Below are positions 9,751-20,550 of a stretch of DNA of 64,000 nt, in pieces (the first letter of the stretch is position 1; each line of letters starts with the position of its first letter). The DNA comes from a virus, in the IMG/VR virus record IMGVR_UViG_3300046468_002660; one strand, 5' to 3'. The position numbers were made by a program, and so were the translations under genes. Below the pieces are notes generated by a model. It was not told the origin of the DNA and searched no databases. It worked only from the letters and a program-made list of their open reading frames with translations.

Positions 9751-10041
9751 ATGAATAAACACGAAGAAGCACAAAAAATAGATAGTTTGTTTGAAGTTGA
9801 AAGTGGATTAGACACTCGCCTTTTTGAGTTGGCGGGTTATCCTCTCATTGAAGACCTTGTAGAAAAAATGTTTCAATTAAAAGAAGAGATGAACAAGAGA
9901 CTTAATGACAGAGCAAAACTTTTAGGTATAGGTGGAGAGTTTGGTGTTGTTCCACCCGATACATCTCATTTAAATAATGATGATTTTGGTGCATTTATTA
10001 GAGGTGAAATAACGCAAGAGCAAGTGGAAGCAAAAAGATGA
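9751..10041 (+). CDS. Hypothetical protein
   Basis: Leaderless after TTGACA(9716)-N17-TAAGGT. Confidence 0.65.
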   Translation: MNKHEEAQKIDSLFEVESGLDTRLFELAGYPLIEDLVEKMFQLKEEMNKRLNDRAKLLGIGGEFGVVPPDTSHLNNDDFGAFIRGEITQEQVEAKR

Positions 10042-10232
10042 AAATAATTCGCACAATAATTAATTGGTTTCACCGCAAACGAAATATGCGTTCATCTAAA
10101 AAACAAATGGATAAAATAATGAGTGAAGTTAATGCTGACTTTATGGATTATGATGGCATGGGGAACTATGGAAGATTTCCTCCCGAAAAATAAACGCTTG
10201 ACAATAATAAATAAAAGATATAAGGTATAGAC

Positions 10233-10649
10233 ATGAAAGAAATTATAGGAGACGATCACCCAACTTACGAAGAATCCGTCAATATGACTCTTGCAGAAAA
10301 ACAAAAGGCTGAGGCTTTGACTTATCTCACAGAAGTAGAGAGCGAAATCAATAAGCAAAACATTGAAAGATTAATGAAAGAAAATCTTGAGCTTAGACAT
10401 CGCTTGTCATGTATTGCTGATGATATTGAAATTATTGATAGGCACATTAAAAATAATTGCAATAAAAGATTTAAAAGACCAAGCTTGAATAAAGATGGTA
10501 GCACCTATGCAGATGAAGCATGGCACAATGTTACAAATATAGAAATTGCTTGTGATTTAAATGATGACGAGCCATTATATTGGGGAAGTAAAATCAAAGG
10601 AGAACTCACTCAAGACCAAATCATGGAAATGGAACAACAAATACGATGA
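10233..10649 (+). CDS. Hypothetical protein
   Basis: Leaderless after TTGACA(10198)-N17-TAAGGT. Confidence 0.65.
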   Translation: MKEIIGDDHPTYEESVNMTLAEKQKAEALTYLTEVESEINKQNIERLMKENLELRHRLSCIADDIEIIDRHIKNNCNKRFKRPSLNKDGSTYADEAWHNVTNIEIACDLNDDEPLYWGSKIKGELTQDQIMEMEQQIR

Positions 10650-10834
10650 ATATCGACTATACATTATTAGAAAAACAAAGAGATCACTTATTATCTATTT
10701 TATGGCATGACTTTAAACCCGCTGAAGAAAAAGAAGGTCAACCTGTTCCATTAGACAGAGAGTTAGGTTGGGGAATTGTACATTTACTAGATGATTTATT
10801 AGATCAAAATTATTACAAAGAAAAAAATGGATAA
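10646..10834 (+). CDS. Hypothetical protein
   Basis: ATGA overlap. Confidence 0.55.
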   Translation: MNIDYTLLEKQRDHLLSILWHDFKPAEEKEGQPVPLDRELGWGIVHLLDDLLDQNYYKEKNG

Positions 10835-11117
10835 TAAAAAAAGAGAATATTGCGTTGGAATTAAAATAATCAACGCTTTTTATGTTGAAGCAGAAAGTCG
10901 AGATGAAGCAGAGCAAATAGTCAGAGAGTATGATCCATACAAAACTCTTGACGATTGTGATTTTAGTATTGAATATGCTGATCCTACAAATGGAGAAATC
11001 GCATGGAAAATAAAAGCGGATGAAGTGGATTGGAAAAAACTTCGCGATGAAGATGATAATTGGCTTGACAAACGCATTGACGATCTCTATGGTGATGATC
11101 CTACTTATAACACATAA
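10827..11117 (+). CDS. Acidic hypothetical protein
   Basis: VEAESRDEA motif similar to 9517..9741. Confidence 0.55.
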   Translation: MDNKKREYCVGIKIINAFYVEAESRDEAEQIVREYDPYKTLDDCDFSIEYADPTNGEIAWKIKADEVDWKKLRDEDDNWLDKRIDDLYGDDPTYNT

Positions 11118-11264
11118 TGAATAATAAAGAATTAAAAACAGAAATTCGTAAATTAGAAATTGAATTAGATTATATTGAAGCTAAAGAACCTCATAATATA
11201 AAATATATAATGGAATTAGAAAGAAATATAGATAATTTATATAAACAATTAGAGGAATCAGAAA

Positions 11265-11465
11265 ATGAAACTAACTAAATATCAGAAAGCTAGATTATTA
11301 GAGCATGAGTGGGATGTTATCTCCAATGATCAAGGAAATTGTGCTTGGGTAAGTATTGCTCCCGAAGATGGATCAATCTTTGGTGAGATTGTAGAAACTT
11401 TAGGTTTGACAGGGGAAGGTAAAGATGTTAAGTTATTGGTCGTAGCAACTAATGAAGGAGATTAA
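11265..11465 (+). CDS. Hypothetical protein
   Basis: GAGG SD upstream. Confidence 0.55.
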   Translation: MKLTKYQKARLLEHEWDVISNDQGNCAWVSIAPEDGSIFGEIVETLGLTGEGKDVKLLVVATNEGD

Positions 11466-11468
11466 AAT

Positions 11469-11669
11469 ATGAGAACAACAAAACAAAAATTAAGAAAAGA
11501 TGATGAAGAACCATCAATTGATGATATGCGTGAAGACATTGCAGAAAGAGAAGCAATGAATATGAGTGTGTCTGACATAATGGATTTATTACTTGATGGT
11601 TGCGTTGGCTTAAATGAAATGCCAAGCATTGAAATAAAAGATGAATGGAATCAAATTTTTAACAAATAA
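11469..11669 (+). CDS. Hypothetical protein
   Basis: AGGAG SD upstream. Confidence 0.55.
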   Translation: MRTTKQKLRKDDEEPSIDDMREDIAEREAMNMSVSDIMDLLLDGCVGLNEMPSIEIKDEWNQIFNK

Positions 11670-11887
11670 ATTATGAAATTAGAAAAAGCAATGCAATTAG
11701 TTTTAAACGAAGCAGAAACTTCTGCTCTTGGAGAATCCTCTTCAGCGGGAGAGAAGGTGCTAGAAGCAGTTGAACTTCTTCAAGCCTTTTACGATGAGCA
11801 TGGTCATCACTTTGCAAATTTTTCTGTTGACATGGCAGAAGAAGTTTAGTAAAGTACAATCATTAATCATAAACACAAGGAATAAAA

Positions 11888-12505
11888 ATGAATCATTTCG
11901 CAAATACAAATGTCCGTTGGAAAACATGGTCGCCCGAAAATGTTATCTTCAAAAGCAATCAATTAGTAAAGAAGGTTTTGCCCTCTGAACATATTTTATC
12001 ATGGAAGAGCAAAAGTGATCGTGATCAAAAAATGTGCGAGAAAACAGGTTGCAAAGCAACTCAAACAAATCAATTTGGTGGGCAACCATATACATATTAT
12101 ACCAAAGAAAACTACAAAGGAATTATGGTTCAATTAACCGATGTTAAATCAGATTTTCCATCTGCTAATATTGACTTTATTGATTGGACAGAAAAAAAAG
12201 ATAGTGTTGGCAACCCAAAGGGTGCTTTAGATATTTTGGTTTACCTTAACTCTTTTCATCAGCCTTGGCAATATGTTAAATGCCCTCAAACAGGAAATTG
12301 GGTTAGAAAAAGCACAGGTAAAACTGCACCATTACGAGAAGGTTATCGTATGTCTTATGGTGGACAAGGTGATGCTCACGCTTTAGACTTTGACGAATTT
12401 CACGAATTGGTTCAAATAACAGAAATGATCAGAGATTTTCTTGTTGATGTTGTTATCCCCACAAAGAATGGTGAATTAGTTGAAGAAGATTTGTTAGTAG
12501 CATAA
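11888..12505 (+). CDS. Hypothetical protein
   Basis: 205-aa ORF, AAGGA SD, TTGACA promoter near 11826. Confidence 0.7.
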   Translation: MNHFANTNVRWKTWSPENVIFKSNQLVKKVLPSEHILSWKSKSDRDQKMCEKTGCKATQTNQFGGQPYTYYTKENYKGIMVQLTDVKSDFPSANIDFIDWTEKKDSVGNPKGALDILVYLNSFHQPWQYVKCPQTGNWVRKSTGKTAPLREGYRMSYGGQGDAHALDFDEFHELVQITEMIRDFLVDVVIPTKNGELVEEDLLVA

Positions 12506-12720
12506 TGAAAGAAGAAGCAAATAGAGAAGATATAAGTAAAGAAGAATATCATTTATATGATATTATTAGTGCTTGTGAGAATATACTTGACGATCTTGAG
12601 AATGGGGCAAAAATTGAACAATCAGATTTTAATAATCTTGGATATGTAGATGGCATTATGCTTCGTATGCAACATAATGTAAATAGACAATTAAATCCAA
12701 CAAATATAAAAGATGATTAA
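12505..12720 (+). CDS. Hypothetical protein
   Basis: TAATG overlap. Confidence 0.55.
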   Translation: MKEEANREDISKEEYHLYDIISACENILDDLENGAKIEQSDFNNLGYVDGIMLRMQHNVNRQLNPTNIKDD

Positions 12721-13107
12721 TAGGATAATAATGGATGATTATGATGCAGGGTTTATGGATGCAGTAAAATTATTAGAGAAAAAATTAGATACCCTTATTG
12801 AGGATCAAGCTATTGCTTGTCAAGAAGATAAAACCCAACAAAAAAATTTATTCTTTTTAGAGTTCATCAAGCAAAAACTTTTTCAAGAATAGTGTTGACA
12901 TGATTTGATTTTTAGTTTAGTGTTTTATTATGAACAAAGAAATCGTAGTCAAAGAAAAAAAAGCAAAAGGTGTAATGGGTACTCTATGGGTAGTTATATC
13001 AGATCATGCTGAAAACATTAATTTACTAACCCGCAGAAAAAGTCTTGACAGGGTTGATCTTTTATGCTTAACTGATCTTGGTTTTAAAATTAAATACGAA
13101 AAATAAT

Positions 13108-13314
13108 ATGACTTATATATGGAATAGAGCAGATCGAGTAGACCCAAAACTCATGCCAAAAGTTATTGAGGATGCTTTTAATAAATGGACTAAAGAACAA
13201 TACAAAAATTTTAAAGAATTAACTGAAGAGCAAAAAAATAAAGTTAATTACAAAGTAGTAGTTCAAATGGGTAAAATGAATTACAATTTAAAACAACTAG
13301 GTTATATAAAATAA
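13108..13314 (+). CDS. Hypothetical protein
   Basis: ORF (ATG 13108). Confidence 0.5.
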   Translation: MTYIWNRADRVDPKLMPKVIEDAFNKWTKEQYKNFKELTEEQKNKVNYKVVVQMGKMNYNLKQLGYIK

Positions 13315-13326
13315 GGAGAAAATATT

Positions 13327-13755
13327 ATGGGATTAGATATGTATGCTTACGCTCGTCCACCTCGCAAGAGGAATGGTGACAATGATGTTTCAATCTGCGA
13401 TTGGAGAAAACATAATCGCTTACAAGGTTGGATGGAAGACTTATGGGAAGCTAAGGGCAGACCAAATTGGAAACCATCTGAAGAAGAGAATGGCTTTGGC
13501 GGTGATTTCAATTCTGTTGAATTGCAATTAACTAGAGCAGACCTTTATAATCTTCAAGATGATATTGTAAATCTTAATTTACCCGAAGCAAATGGATTCT
13601 TTTGGGGTAGTGATTCTTATTTTTGGCATAATGAAGATGATAAACCATATCCCGATAACGAATATTATTACAAAGAACAAGATTTAAATTTTGTGGCAGA
13701 AGCACATAAAATGCTTGACAAGGGTTATAGGGTATTTTATAGTTGTTGGTACTGA
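13327..13755 (+). CDS. Conserved phage protein of unknown function
   Basis: MGLDMY...WRKHN.LQGW...GFFWG...YSCW pattern; AAGGAG SD. Confidence 0.7.
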   Translation: MGLDMYAYARPPRKRNGDNDVSICDWRKHNRLQGWMEDLWEAKGRPNWKPSEEENGFGGDFNSVELQLTRADLYNLQDDIVNLNLPEANGFFWGSDSYFWHNEDDKPYPDNEYYYKEQDLNFVAEAHKMLDKGYRVFYSCWY

Positions 13756-14069
13756 TGAAATATTTAACCTTAACAATTTTATTTTTTGCGGGATGCAATC
13801 ATTCTTCTAACCTTCAACCCGAAGATACTAAAGTTTCTCGTTCAGCAGATATGCAAGAAGAAATAGATTATATATTATCTTTAGATGAAGCATATAAAGC
13901 GGAAGAAAAAATGTATTTAGAAGAAATAAGAAAAGCTCAACTAAATGATGATGAAATCGCATTTCAATTTTTCATTAGAGAATACGCTAAAGTAAAAAGA
14001 CTAGATTTGCCCGAATGGATAAAGAAAGAACCAAATTATGTCAAAGGGGGAGTCAACATCAAATATTAA
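13755..14069 (+). CDS. Lipoprotein
   Basis: MKYLTLTILFFAGC lipobox; TGATG overlap. Confidence 0.65.
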   Translation: MKYLTLTILFFAGCNHSSNLQPEDTKVSRSADMQEEIDYILSLDEAYKAEEKMYLEEIRKAQLNDDEIAFQFFIREYAKVKRLDLPEWIKKEPNYVKGGVNIKY

Positions 14070-14086
14070 TACAAAACAATTTAATT

Positions 14087-14161
14087 CGCATGGTAGCCAA
14101 GTGGTAAGGCAGGAGTCTGCAAAACTCCCATTCGTCAGTTCGATTCTGATCCATGCGTCCA
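14087..14161 (+). tRNA. trnC: tRNA-Cys (GCA)
   Basis: Acceptor CGCATGG/CCATGCG, D arm GCC-AAGTGGTAA-GGC, anticodon arm GGAGT-CTGCAAA-ACTCC, T arm GTCAG-TTCGATT-CTGAT, U73 and encoded CCA. Confidence 0.95.
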
Positions 14162-14286
14162 CTTTATGTAGATGGGTTCACCTCTTTCCCCTGCTTGATC
14201 AACAAAAAAAGACTAGCAAGTAACTCGATTACTGCTATATCGGAGTTAGTCATGGATACTCTCCATGCAAATATTTAAAATAACTT

Positions 14287-14553
14287 ATGAAAATAAAATT
14301 AGGAATACGAGGAAGCACAGATGCAATCAATCATATTATCATTAAATTAGATGATCTTATGCTTGTAACTGCTGATAATTTATTCCTCGCAGGAGATGAA
14401 AGCAGAGGTAAAACAGGAAAAAATTTAGTTGAGTTATTAAATACTTTATCTAAAGATCACGAAATATCTGTTGGTGAAGGTATAGCTAAAGAAATTGAAA
14501 GAGAATTAAATTTAGAAAATCAAGAGTTGCAAAAATTTGTTGTTGACAAATAA
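14287..14553 (+). CDS. Hypothetical protein
   Basis: ORF. Confidence 0.55.
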   Translation: MKIKLGIRGSTDAINHIIIKLDDLMLVTADNLFLAGDESRGKTGKNLVELLNTLSKDHEISVGEGIAKEIERELNLENQELQKFVVDK

Positions 14554-14577
14554 ATTAAACTGCTTTAGTGTTTGGGC

Positions 14578-14811
14578 ATGAACACATCAGAAGCATTCTT
14601 AGATAGCATCAACCAATCAATCGCTAACGCTGAAAAGATAGCAAACTCGATCCCCAAGAAGGGTCTTAATGTTTATCTCGACAAATCAACTATGGTCATG
14701 CAAACATTCAATGATCCTAATGCATTTGCTCATGCCAAGAAAGTTACTTCAAGAGCAGGTCAATCAAGTTGTCTTCGTAATGTATTGGATGCAGGGGGCA
14801 GATTGCAATAA
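14578..14811 (+). CDS. Hypothetical protein
   Basis: Leaderless after TTGACA(14543)-N17-TAGTGT. Confidence 0.6.
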   Translation: MNTSEAFLDSINQSIANAEKIANSIPKKGLNVYLDKSTMVMQTFNDPNAFAHAKKVTSRAGQSSCLRNVLDAGGRLQ

Positions 14812-14920
14812 TGCATGATGAAAGATGCAGAATAATAGTTTTCGCACTTAAATACAAACTTTTTATTAAAGAATTATAATTATGCTTGACATATCATGCA
14901 AAATCAACTTGAATAACGAC

Positions 14921-15127
14921 ATGGAAAAATTACCAACATACGAAGAGTGGACAAAAGACATGGACTTAGAATCTCAAATAAAATTCTATTATGATGTTGA
15001 CATTGATAATTATTTGGGTGATCCTTGGCAAATAGTAGCAGAGATTGCAGAGGAATGTCCTAATTGGTTAGTAGAGTTTAAAGCTAATTTTAAAGAATAT
15101 TTACAAGAGAGAGAATACATACAATGA
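14921..15127 (+). CDS. Acidic hypothetical protein
   Basis: ORF (ATG 14921). Confidence 0.55.
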   Translation: MEKLPTYEEWTKDMDLESQIKFYYDVDIDNYLGDPWQIVAEIAEECPNWLVEFKANFKEYLQEREYIQ

Positions 15128-15384
15128 AAGAAACAAGAGATCATTTTACAGAAAAAAATCTTCATGTTCAAATGAAGTGGAATGTTGAGCCACAAAAAAT
15201 GCTAGATTATATTATTGAAGCAGATAAATCAAATGGAAGAGATTCAGACGAATATTCTCCTTCGTTTTATGTAGGTAAATCTCTCAAATATATTCGTGAA
15301 GTCTATGAAGACTATAATGGTCTTGAATCTTTAACTGATACTGAATTAATCGAGAATGGTTATTATAGATTGGAGATCGCATGA
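15124..15384 (+). CDS. Hypothetical protein
   Basis: ATGA overlap. Confidence 0.55.
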   Translation: MKETRDHFTEKNLHVQMKWNVEPQKMLDYIIEADKSNGRDSDEYSPSFYVGKSLKYIREVYEDYNGLESLTDTELIENGYYRLEIA

Positions 15385-15611
15385 AAGAATTAAAAGAAAA
15401 ATTAAATAAAGTTATTTCTAAACAAGTTGAGATGGTAAATAAGTATGGGTCAAATACTCTCTCTACTTGTGATCATTATAATTGGGATAAAGATATTTGG
15501 AATTATAGACATTCTATTGTTGACAAGCTAATTGATCTAGGTTTTAATGTCGATACTCAAATGAATTGGGGGGTATTAGATATAACAATCACAAAGGAAT
15601 TAGAATTATGA
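15381..15611 (+). CDS. Hypothetical protein
   Basis: ATGA overlap. Confidence 0.55.
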   Translation: MKELKEKLNKVISKQVEMVNKYGSNTLSTCDHYNWDKDIWNYRHSIVDKLIDLGFNVDTQMNWGVLDITITKELEL

Positions 15612-15808
15612 AAGTAACAAGTGTTAGATATTTTGAAACAAATAAAGGGGTTGGTTATCAATGCAAAACTAATATCAAAGATATTCAAATATGCAATGAT
15701 GGCACAGGGGGAGCAACTTATGTAGATGGAGATTTAAAAAAATTAATTAAAGAATATACAGAATGGGATTTAGAAGATTTAATTGATCAATACGAAAATA
15801 ATTCTTGA
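15608..15808 (+). CDS. Hypothetical protein
   Basis: ATGA overlap; NDGTGGAT motif. Confidence 0.55.
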   Translation: MKVTSVRYFETNKGVGYQCKTNIKDIQICNDGTGGATYVDGDLKKLIKEYTEWDLEDLIDQYENNS

Positions 15809-15990
15809 CATACAAAACACAATAATATAAGGTACAAATATGAATGATTACATAGACGATTATATAGAAGAAAACTTAAACAAGTTGGAATACGATTCTT
15901 TCTCAGGTACTTATTGGTTGCAAGATGAAGAGTGGGAAGAACCAAGAGAGTTTACTGCTGACGAATTAATTAATGAAGGAATTTATTTAA

Positions 15991-16209
15991 ATGAATACTG
16001 CGAAAGAGTATAATGTAGAAATAGGCTTGACTCCAAGCGATATTAAAGCTATTCTCGATGGAGAAATGTCAACTCTTCACTTTTTACCAACTGATGATAC
16101 TGATTATGAAGATAAGATTAGTGTTCACCTCAAACCAATTAGTGAAGATGCAACTTTATCAGAACAAATGAATTTAGTTGTTGACACATGGAGCAGAAAA
16201 GAGTTATAG
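15991..16209 (+). CDS. Hypothetical protein
   Basis: AAGGA SD. Confidence 0.5.
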   Translation: MNTAKEYNVEIGLTPSDIKAILDGEMSTLHFLPTDDTDYEDKISVHLKPISEDATLSEQMNLVVDTWSRKEL

Positions 16210-16230
16210 TATCGACATATTAATAACTAT

Positions 16231-16488
16231 ATGTTTACAAAAGGAGAAAACATCGACATGAATTACATCACAGAGAAAGTTTCTTTTAGAGTTCCGCAAA
16301 ATGGTGGAGATCAATATCGCTTATATGAGTGTGTTGATCAAGTGGCAGATTTAATTGATATGTATTTCGGTACTGCAATAGAAGATACAACTAATATACA
16401 TAATTTAATTGAACAAGAAATTAAAACAAGTAAACTTAGAGAAGTGGAACATAATAGATTAGAAAATATAAATGGGGGAAGTAAATAA
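16231..16488 (+). CDS. Hypothetical protein
   Basis: ORF; alternative start at 16258 after AAGGAG. Confidence 0.5.
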   Translation: MFTKGENIDMNYITEKVSFRVPQNGGDQYRLYECVDQVADLIDMYFGTAIEDTTNIHNLIEQEIKTSKLREVEHNRLENINGGSK

Positions 16489-16822
16489 AAATATTTAGAA
16501 GATTAAATTAATTCTTTATTAAAATAAATTTTAATATTCAAATTAATTTATTTAATAAATTGTTAAAATAAAAATTATAAGAAAAATGCAAGAAGTAATA
16601 CAATTAATTGAAGAAAAAATTCAAAACATTAAAAATTACCCAATCACAACACAAGAAGAAGAACAACTTCATATTCTTGAGGTTGGTTGTTTAAATCAGT
16701 TACTTAGAGTAGCAAAGGAACTTTCTGAATAAAAAAAGAAAAAAAGTATTGACACACACTCATGTGTAATTTAGTATAGCATCATAACTTAAATTTTCAC
16801 ACACACAACAAGGAAAACAAAA

Positions 16823-19129
16823 ATGATAATCACACAAAACAAATCAAAAGAGGTAATCAGTTCTCACGACTTTGAACAAGTCAATTGCACGATTGATGCT
16901 GAAGATATGCGTTATGTCGCATCCCTTCTTCGCAACAATTATTCAAACACAAGACTTGCAGTAGTACGCGAAATTAGTGCAAATGCACTAGATGCAAATG
17001 CTGAAGCAGGTGTTAATCGTCCTATTGAAATTAAGTTGCCAACTTCAATGAATCCAACATTTGCAGTTCGTGATTTCGGGGGTGGACTTAGCCAAGAAGA
17101 TGTTTTCGGTCTTTACTCTAAGTATGGTAAATCAACCAAGCGTACATCCAACAATTATATTGGTGCTTTCGGTATCGGTAAATTTGCTCCACTTTCTTAT
17201 GGTGACAACTTCACTTGTGTTTCTTTTCACAATGGGCTAAAAACTTCTTACAATGTATTTGTCGATGAGAATGACGATACCAAAATCACAAAGTTGTTTG
17301 AAGAACCAAGTAATGAACCAACAGGGTTATCTATTGAAGTTGCAGTTTCGGAAGATGATCGTAACGAATTTAGAGAAGTTGTACAAAAATTCTTTCGTTT
17401 CTTTTCTGATTCTGATATGCCAAAATTTCTTGGAGTCGAAGAAGGTTTTATACAAACTCCTAAAAAAGTTTTATCAAGTAAAACTGATGAATGGTTCTTT
17501 GCGGAAGACGAGAGTCGTGGATATGGTTATAATTATTACTCTCATGTTCTTATGGGTAGAGTTGCTTACCCTATTGATCCAAATGCAATAAATGTAGAAA
17601 ATTTTGTATCCAATGAAAGTTCTCGCAGAATAGTTCAACAACTTTTACAACAAAGTAATTTCTACTTTCGTGTTCCTCTTGGTTCAGTAAGATTGCATCA
17701 TAGTCGTGAGTCGCTAGAATACAACAAAGCAACTCAAAAAGAAATTTGTGCGATTCTTTACAAAGTTAGTCAAGATATTCAAACTATTGCAAAAGAAAAA
17801 CTTGCCGATAGTGAAGATTTGTGGGATGCAAAGAGAAATTACGCTCAAGTTATTAATGCTTTACCTTATCAAGTAAGAGGAGTATTTGAGAATAGTTTTG
17901 AGTGGAATAGTATCAAAATTACAGATTCTACATTTCAAAGAGATTATCAATTACAAGACGATCTAATTATTACTGATTACGAAAAAATTGAAGATAAAGA
18001 TTCTCGCAATGGTTTCAAGGTAAAAGCCACTAAAACAAATCGCATTTATTGTCAAGACAATTATCTTGTGATGATTCAAGATATTGATTCTTCTCATGGC
18101 AACAATCTAAGAGTTCGCACATTGATGAATGATTTACCCGACCTCAAAGGTGTTTATGTTGTTCATGCAACATCCGAATGTGGTAAATCAGAAGTTTATG
18201 ATAATTGGCAATTTGATCTTGTTGACGCAAAACATAAGAGATATTCTTCACAAGTAGATAAAGAAAAAATTGTTCGCAATAAAGTTTCGGGTACAAGTCG
18301 TGCTTCTATTCCATTGTTCAAAATGAGAATGGATAAATCTTCTTATGCTTATCGTAATGCAGATTATTGGCAAAATGTCAACGAACCAATCAATTCACTT
18401 GAGCTAGATGAAGTCGAAGGTTCTGTCAATAATAAAATCATTTATGTTCCAATCAAAAACTATAAGGTTGATAGTGAATCTTATGATCTTGACAGAGTTT
18501 ACAAAATATGCAGAGGTATCCGCAAAAGTGCTGAAGATAATTCAGAAGAAAAAAATCTTCAATTATTCGGTGTTCGTGCAGGTGATGTTAAAAAGTTAGA
18601 TAAAAGCACATGGGTATCATTCTTTGACTTTTATCTTGACTATTGCAAAAACATCATTCGTGACAATAAGAAAGAATGTCAATCAGCATACAAAACAATT
18701 CAATTCAAAAAATCTGTTAATAATGAATTCGCAGAATATCGTTGGAATTATGGTCAATTATTCACTAATAATACGCTTGACATTTCTAGTCTCGGTGATG
18801 ATCACTTGTTAGTTCGTTGTGCAGAGAATTGGAATCTTCTCATGCAAGAAAGTACAGATGATCGTAGATTTAGTGTGGCAATCAATGTAGTTTCATTAGG
18901 AGATCAAAAATGGTTAGATGATGTATTAGATACAAAAGTAAATGCCGAATCTATCATGCAAGAATTTAAATCATTGAAAGAAAAATATCCTTTACTTAAA
19001 ATAATCTCGCATAGTGTTAATCAATGGATCAACTTAAAACACAATAAAGATTATGACAATCGTAATACCAATGAAGATATTACCGAATATATTTCCTTGT
19101 GTGATCAAAAAGAGAGGGGGGAGAAGTGA
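16823..19129 (+). CDS. rIIA: rIIA-like protein (N-terminal GHKL/Hsp90-type ATPase domain)
   Basis: REISANALDA, RDFGGGLS, KSTK..SNNYIGAFGIG, SRESLEY; followed by rIIB-like gene. Confidence 0.85.
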   Translation: MIITQNKSKEVISSHDFEQVNCTIDAEDMRYVASLLRNNYSNTRLAVVREISANALDANAEAGVNRPIEIKLPTSMNPTFAVRDFGGGLSQEDVFGLYSKYGKSTKRTSNNYIGAFGIGKFAPLSYGDNFTCVSFHNGLKTSYNVFVDENDDTKITKLFEEPSNEPTGLSIEVAVSEDDRNEFREVVQKFFRFFSDSDMPKFLGVEEGFIQTPKKVLSSKTDEWFFAEDESRGYGYNYYSHVLMGRVAYPIDPNAINVENFVSNESSRRIVQQLLQQSNFYFRVPLGSVRLHHSRESLEYNKATQKEICAILYKVSQDIQTIAKEKLADSEDLWDAKRNYAQVINALPYQVRGVFENSFEWNSIKITDSTFQRDYQLQDDLIITDYEKIEDKDSRNGFKVKATKTNRIYCQDNYLVMIQDIDSSHGNNLRVRTLMNDLPDLKGVYVVHATSECGKSEVYDNWQFDLVDAKHKRYSSQVDKEKIVRNKVSGTSRASIPLFKMRMDKSSYAYRNADYWQNVNEPINSLELDEVEGSVNNKIIYVPIKNYKVDSESYDLDRVYKICRGIRKSAEDNSEEKNLQLFGVRAGDVKKLDKSTWVSFFDFYLDYCKNIIRDNKKECQSAYKTIQFKKSVNNEFAEYRWNYGQLFTNNTLDISSLGDDHLLVRCAENWNLLMQESTDDRRFSVAINVVSLGDQKWLDDVLDTKVNAESIMQEFKSLKEKYPLLKIISHSVNQWINLKHNKDYDNRNTNEDITEYISLCDQKERGEK

Positions 19130-19153
19130 AAACTCCTCTCTCTCTCAATTTTT
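19111..19153 (+). terminator. Putative intrinsic terminator
   Basis: Purine/pyrimidine stem AGAGAGGGGGGAG...CTCCTCTCTCTCT followed by T-rich tail. Confidence 0.45.
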
Positions 19154-19227
19154 TAAAATAATTCTTGACAATAATAGCAAAACAAATTAAGATATAGATA
19201 TATTAAACAAAATAGGAGAATAAAATT

Positions 19228-20388
19228 ATGAATCAAGTACCATATCAACTCACAGAAAATTCACTCACAATCTTTTGGGATGGCAAGCCTTATACATTGC
19301 GTAAGGATCATGCCAACTTTCAACTTGCTAAGAAAGCTATTCTTGATGCTAGGTATGATGATCTCGGTGATCTTATTGACATTTCCAAGGCGGTAGAAAA
19401 CTTTGTCGAAGGTGATATTGAAGTAAAAGATGAAGTTGTTTATTACAAAGGTCATCGTTTGCATGGTGTTGTTGTGGATAAATTGCTTGAAATGCTTCGT
19501 GCAGGAATGAAAGATTCTGCTCCACTCACTAACTTTATTTCTCGCTTGCAAGCTAATCCAAGTGCAAATTCAGTAAATGAACTTTATTCTTTTATGAGTT
19601 ATAAGTCTCTTGCGAATACTTCCGAAGGTAAGGTTTTAGGTTACAAAGGTGTACAATCCGATTATTGGAGTACAACAGGTAATGCTGATACAATTGTATT
19701 ACAAGGCGAAACTAATGATCGTCACCAAATTCTCAATGAGGTTGGTGCAACAATTGAAGTCGCTCGCAGATGCGTAGATGACAATAAGGATAATCATTGC
19801 TCTTTCGGTCTTCATGTTGGTTCATTTGATTATGCCGATAGTTGGGCAGGAGAAGGTGGAAGATTACTTCTAGTCGAATTTGATCCTGCTGATGCAGTAT
19901 CTGTACCAACTGATTGCGATTTTCAAAAACTTAGGGTTTCTAAGTACAAGGTGATCTCTGATATTAGTGATACAAGAAAAGAGCTTAATAAACCTGTCTA
20001 CGAGGCTAATAAGCCTATTTATGGATCAGATGATGATGAGGATTTCGGGGGTCACAATGAAGATGATTCAGATTATGTAGATATGGAATCTAATATTGAT
20101 GATGGTTCGGGCATTGAATATGATGATGATAATTGGGAACAATTGGGCGAAGAAGTATTAGAAGAAGATATGGATCAAACAGAAAAAGATATAAGTGAAT
20201 ATATAGAAACTTATATAAATAATAAACACGATAATTCTGTCAATCCAACTCTTAAAAACATTGCTGATCTTAGAGCTTGTAAGAATGAGAGATTAACTTG
20301 TAAAGAAATTTATAAAATTGTTGATGATCTTAATTTCGTTGTTGAAGAAGATGATAACAAACCTTTAAATCAATTACGAGTACTTTAA
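19228..20388 (+). CDS. rIIB: rIIB-like protein with acidic C-terminal extension
   Basis: NPS...ELYSF, GYKGV..DY, VDDN...CSFGLHVG...YA, PADAVSVPTD...KLRV. Confidence 0.85.
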   Translation: MNQVPYQLTENSLTIFWDGKPYTLRKDHANFQLAKKAILDARYDDLGDLIDISKAVENFVEGDIEVKDEVVYYKGHRLHGVVVDKLLEMLRAGMKDSAPLTNFISRLQANPSANSVNELYSFMSYKSLANTSEGKVLGYKGVQSDYWSTTGNADTIVLQGETNDRHQILNEVGATIEVARRCVDDNKDNHCSFGLHVGSFDYADSWAGEGGRLLLVEFDPADAVSVPTDCDFQKLRVSKYKVISDISDTRKELNKPVYEANKPIYGSDDDEDFGGHNEDDSDYVDMESNIDDGSGIEYDDDNWEQLGEEVLEEDMDQTEKDISEYIETYINNKHDNSVNPTLKNIADLRACKNERLTCKEIYKIVDDLNFVVEEDDNKPLNQLRVL

Positions 20389-20550
20389 TTATGGTAAAAA
20401 CCATTAAAAATAAAAAACTAAATAATAATACAAAAAATCATTATAAACAAATTTTTGCTAACCCGATGAAAACATATACAAAGAAAGAAGAAGAGGTTAT
20501 CGCAAAACATTTAAATAAACTAAAAAGAGATAAGTAAATCTATCTCCTAT

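Noticed and set aside
14038-14223. 61-aa ORF
   Set aside because: Overlaps tRNA-Cys
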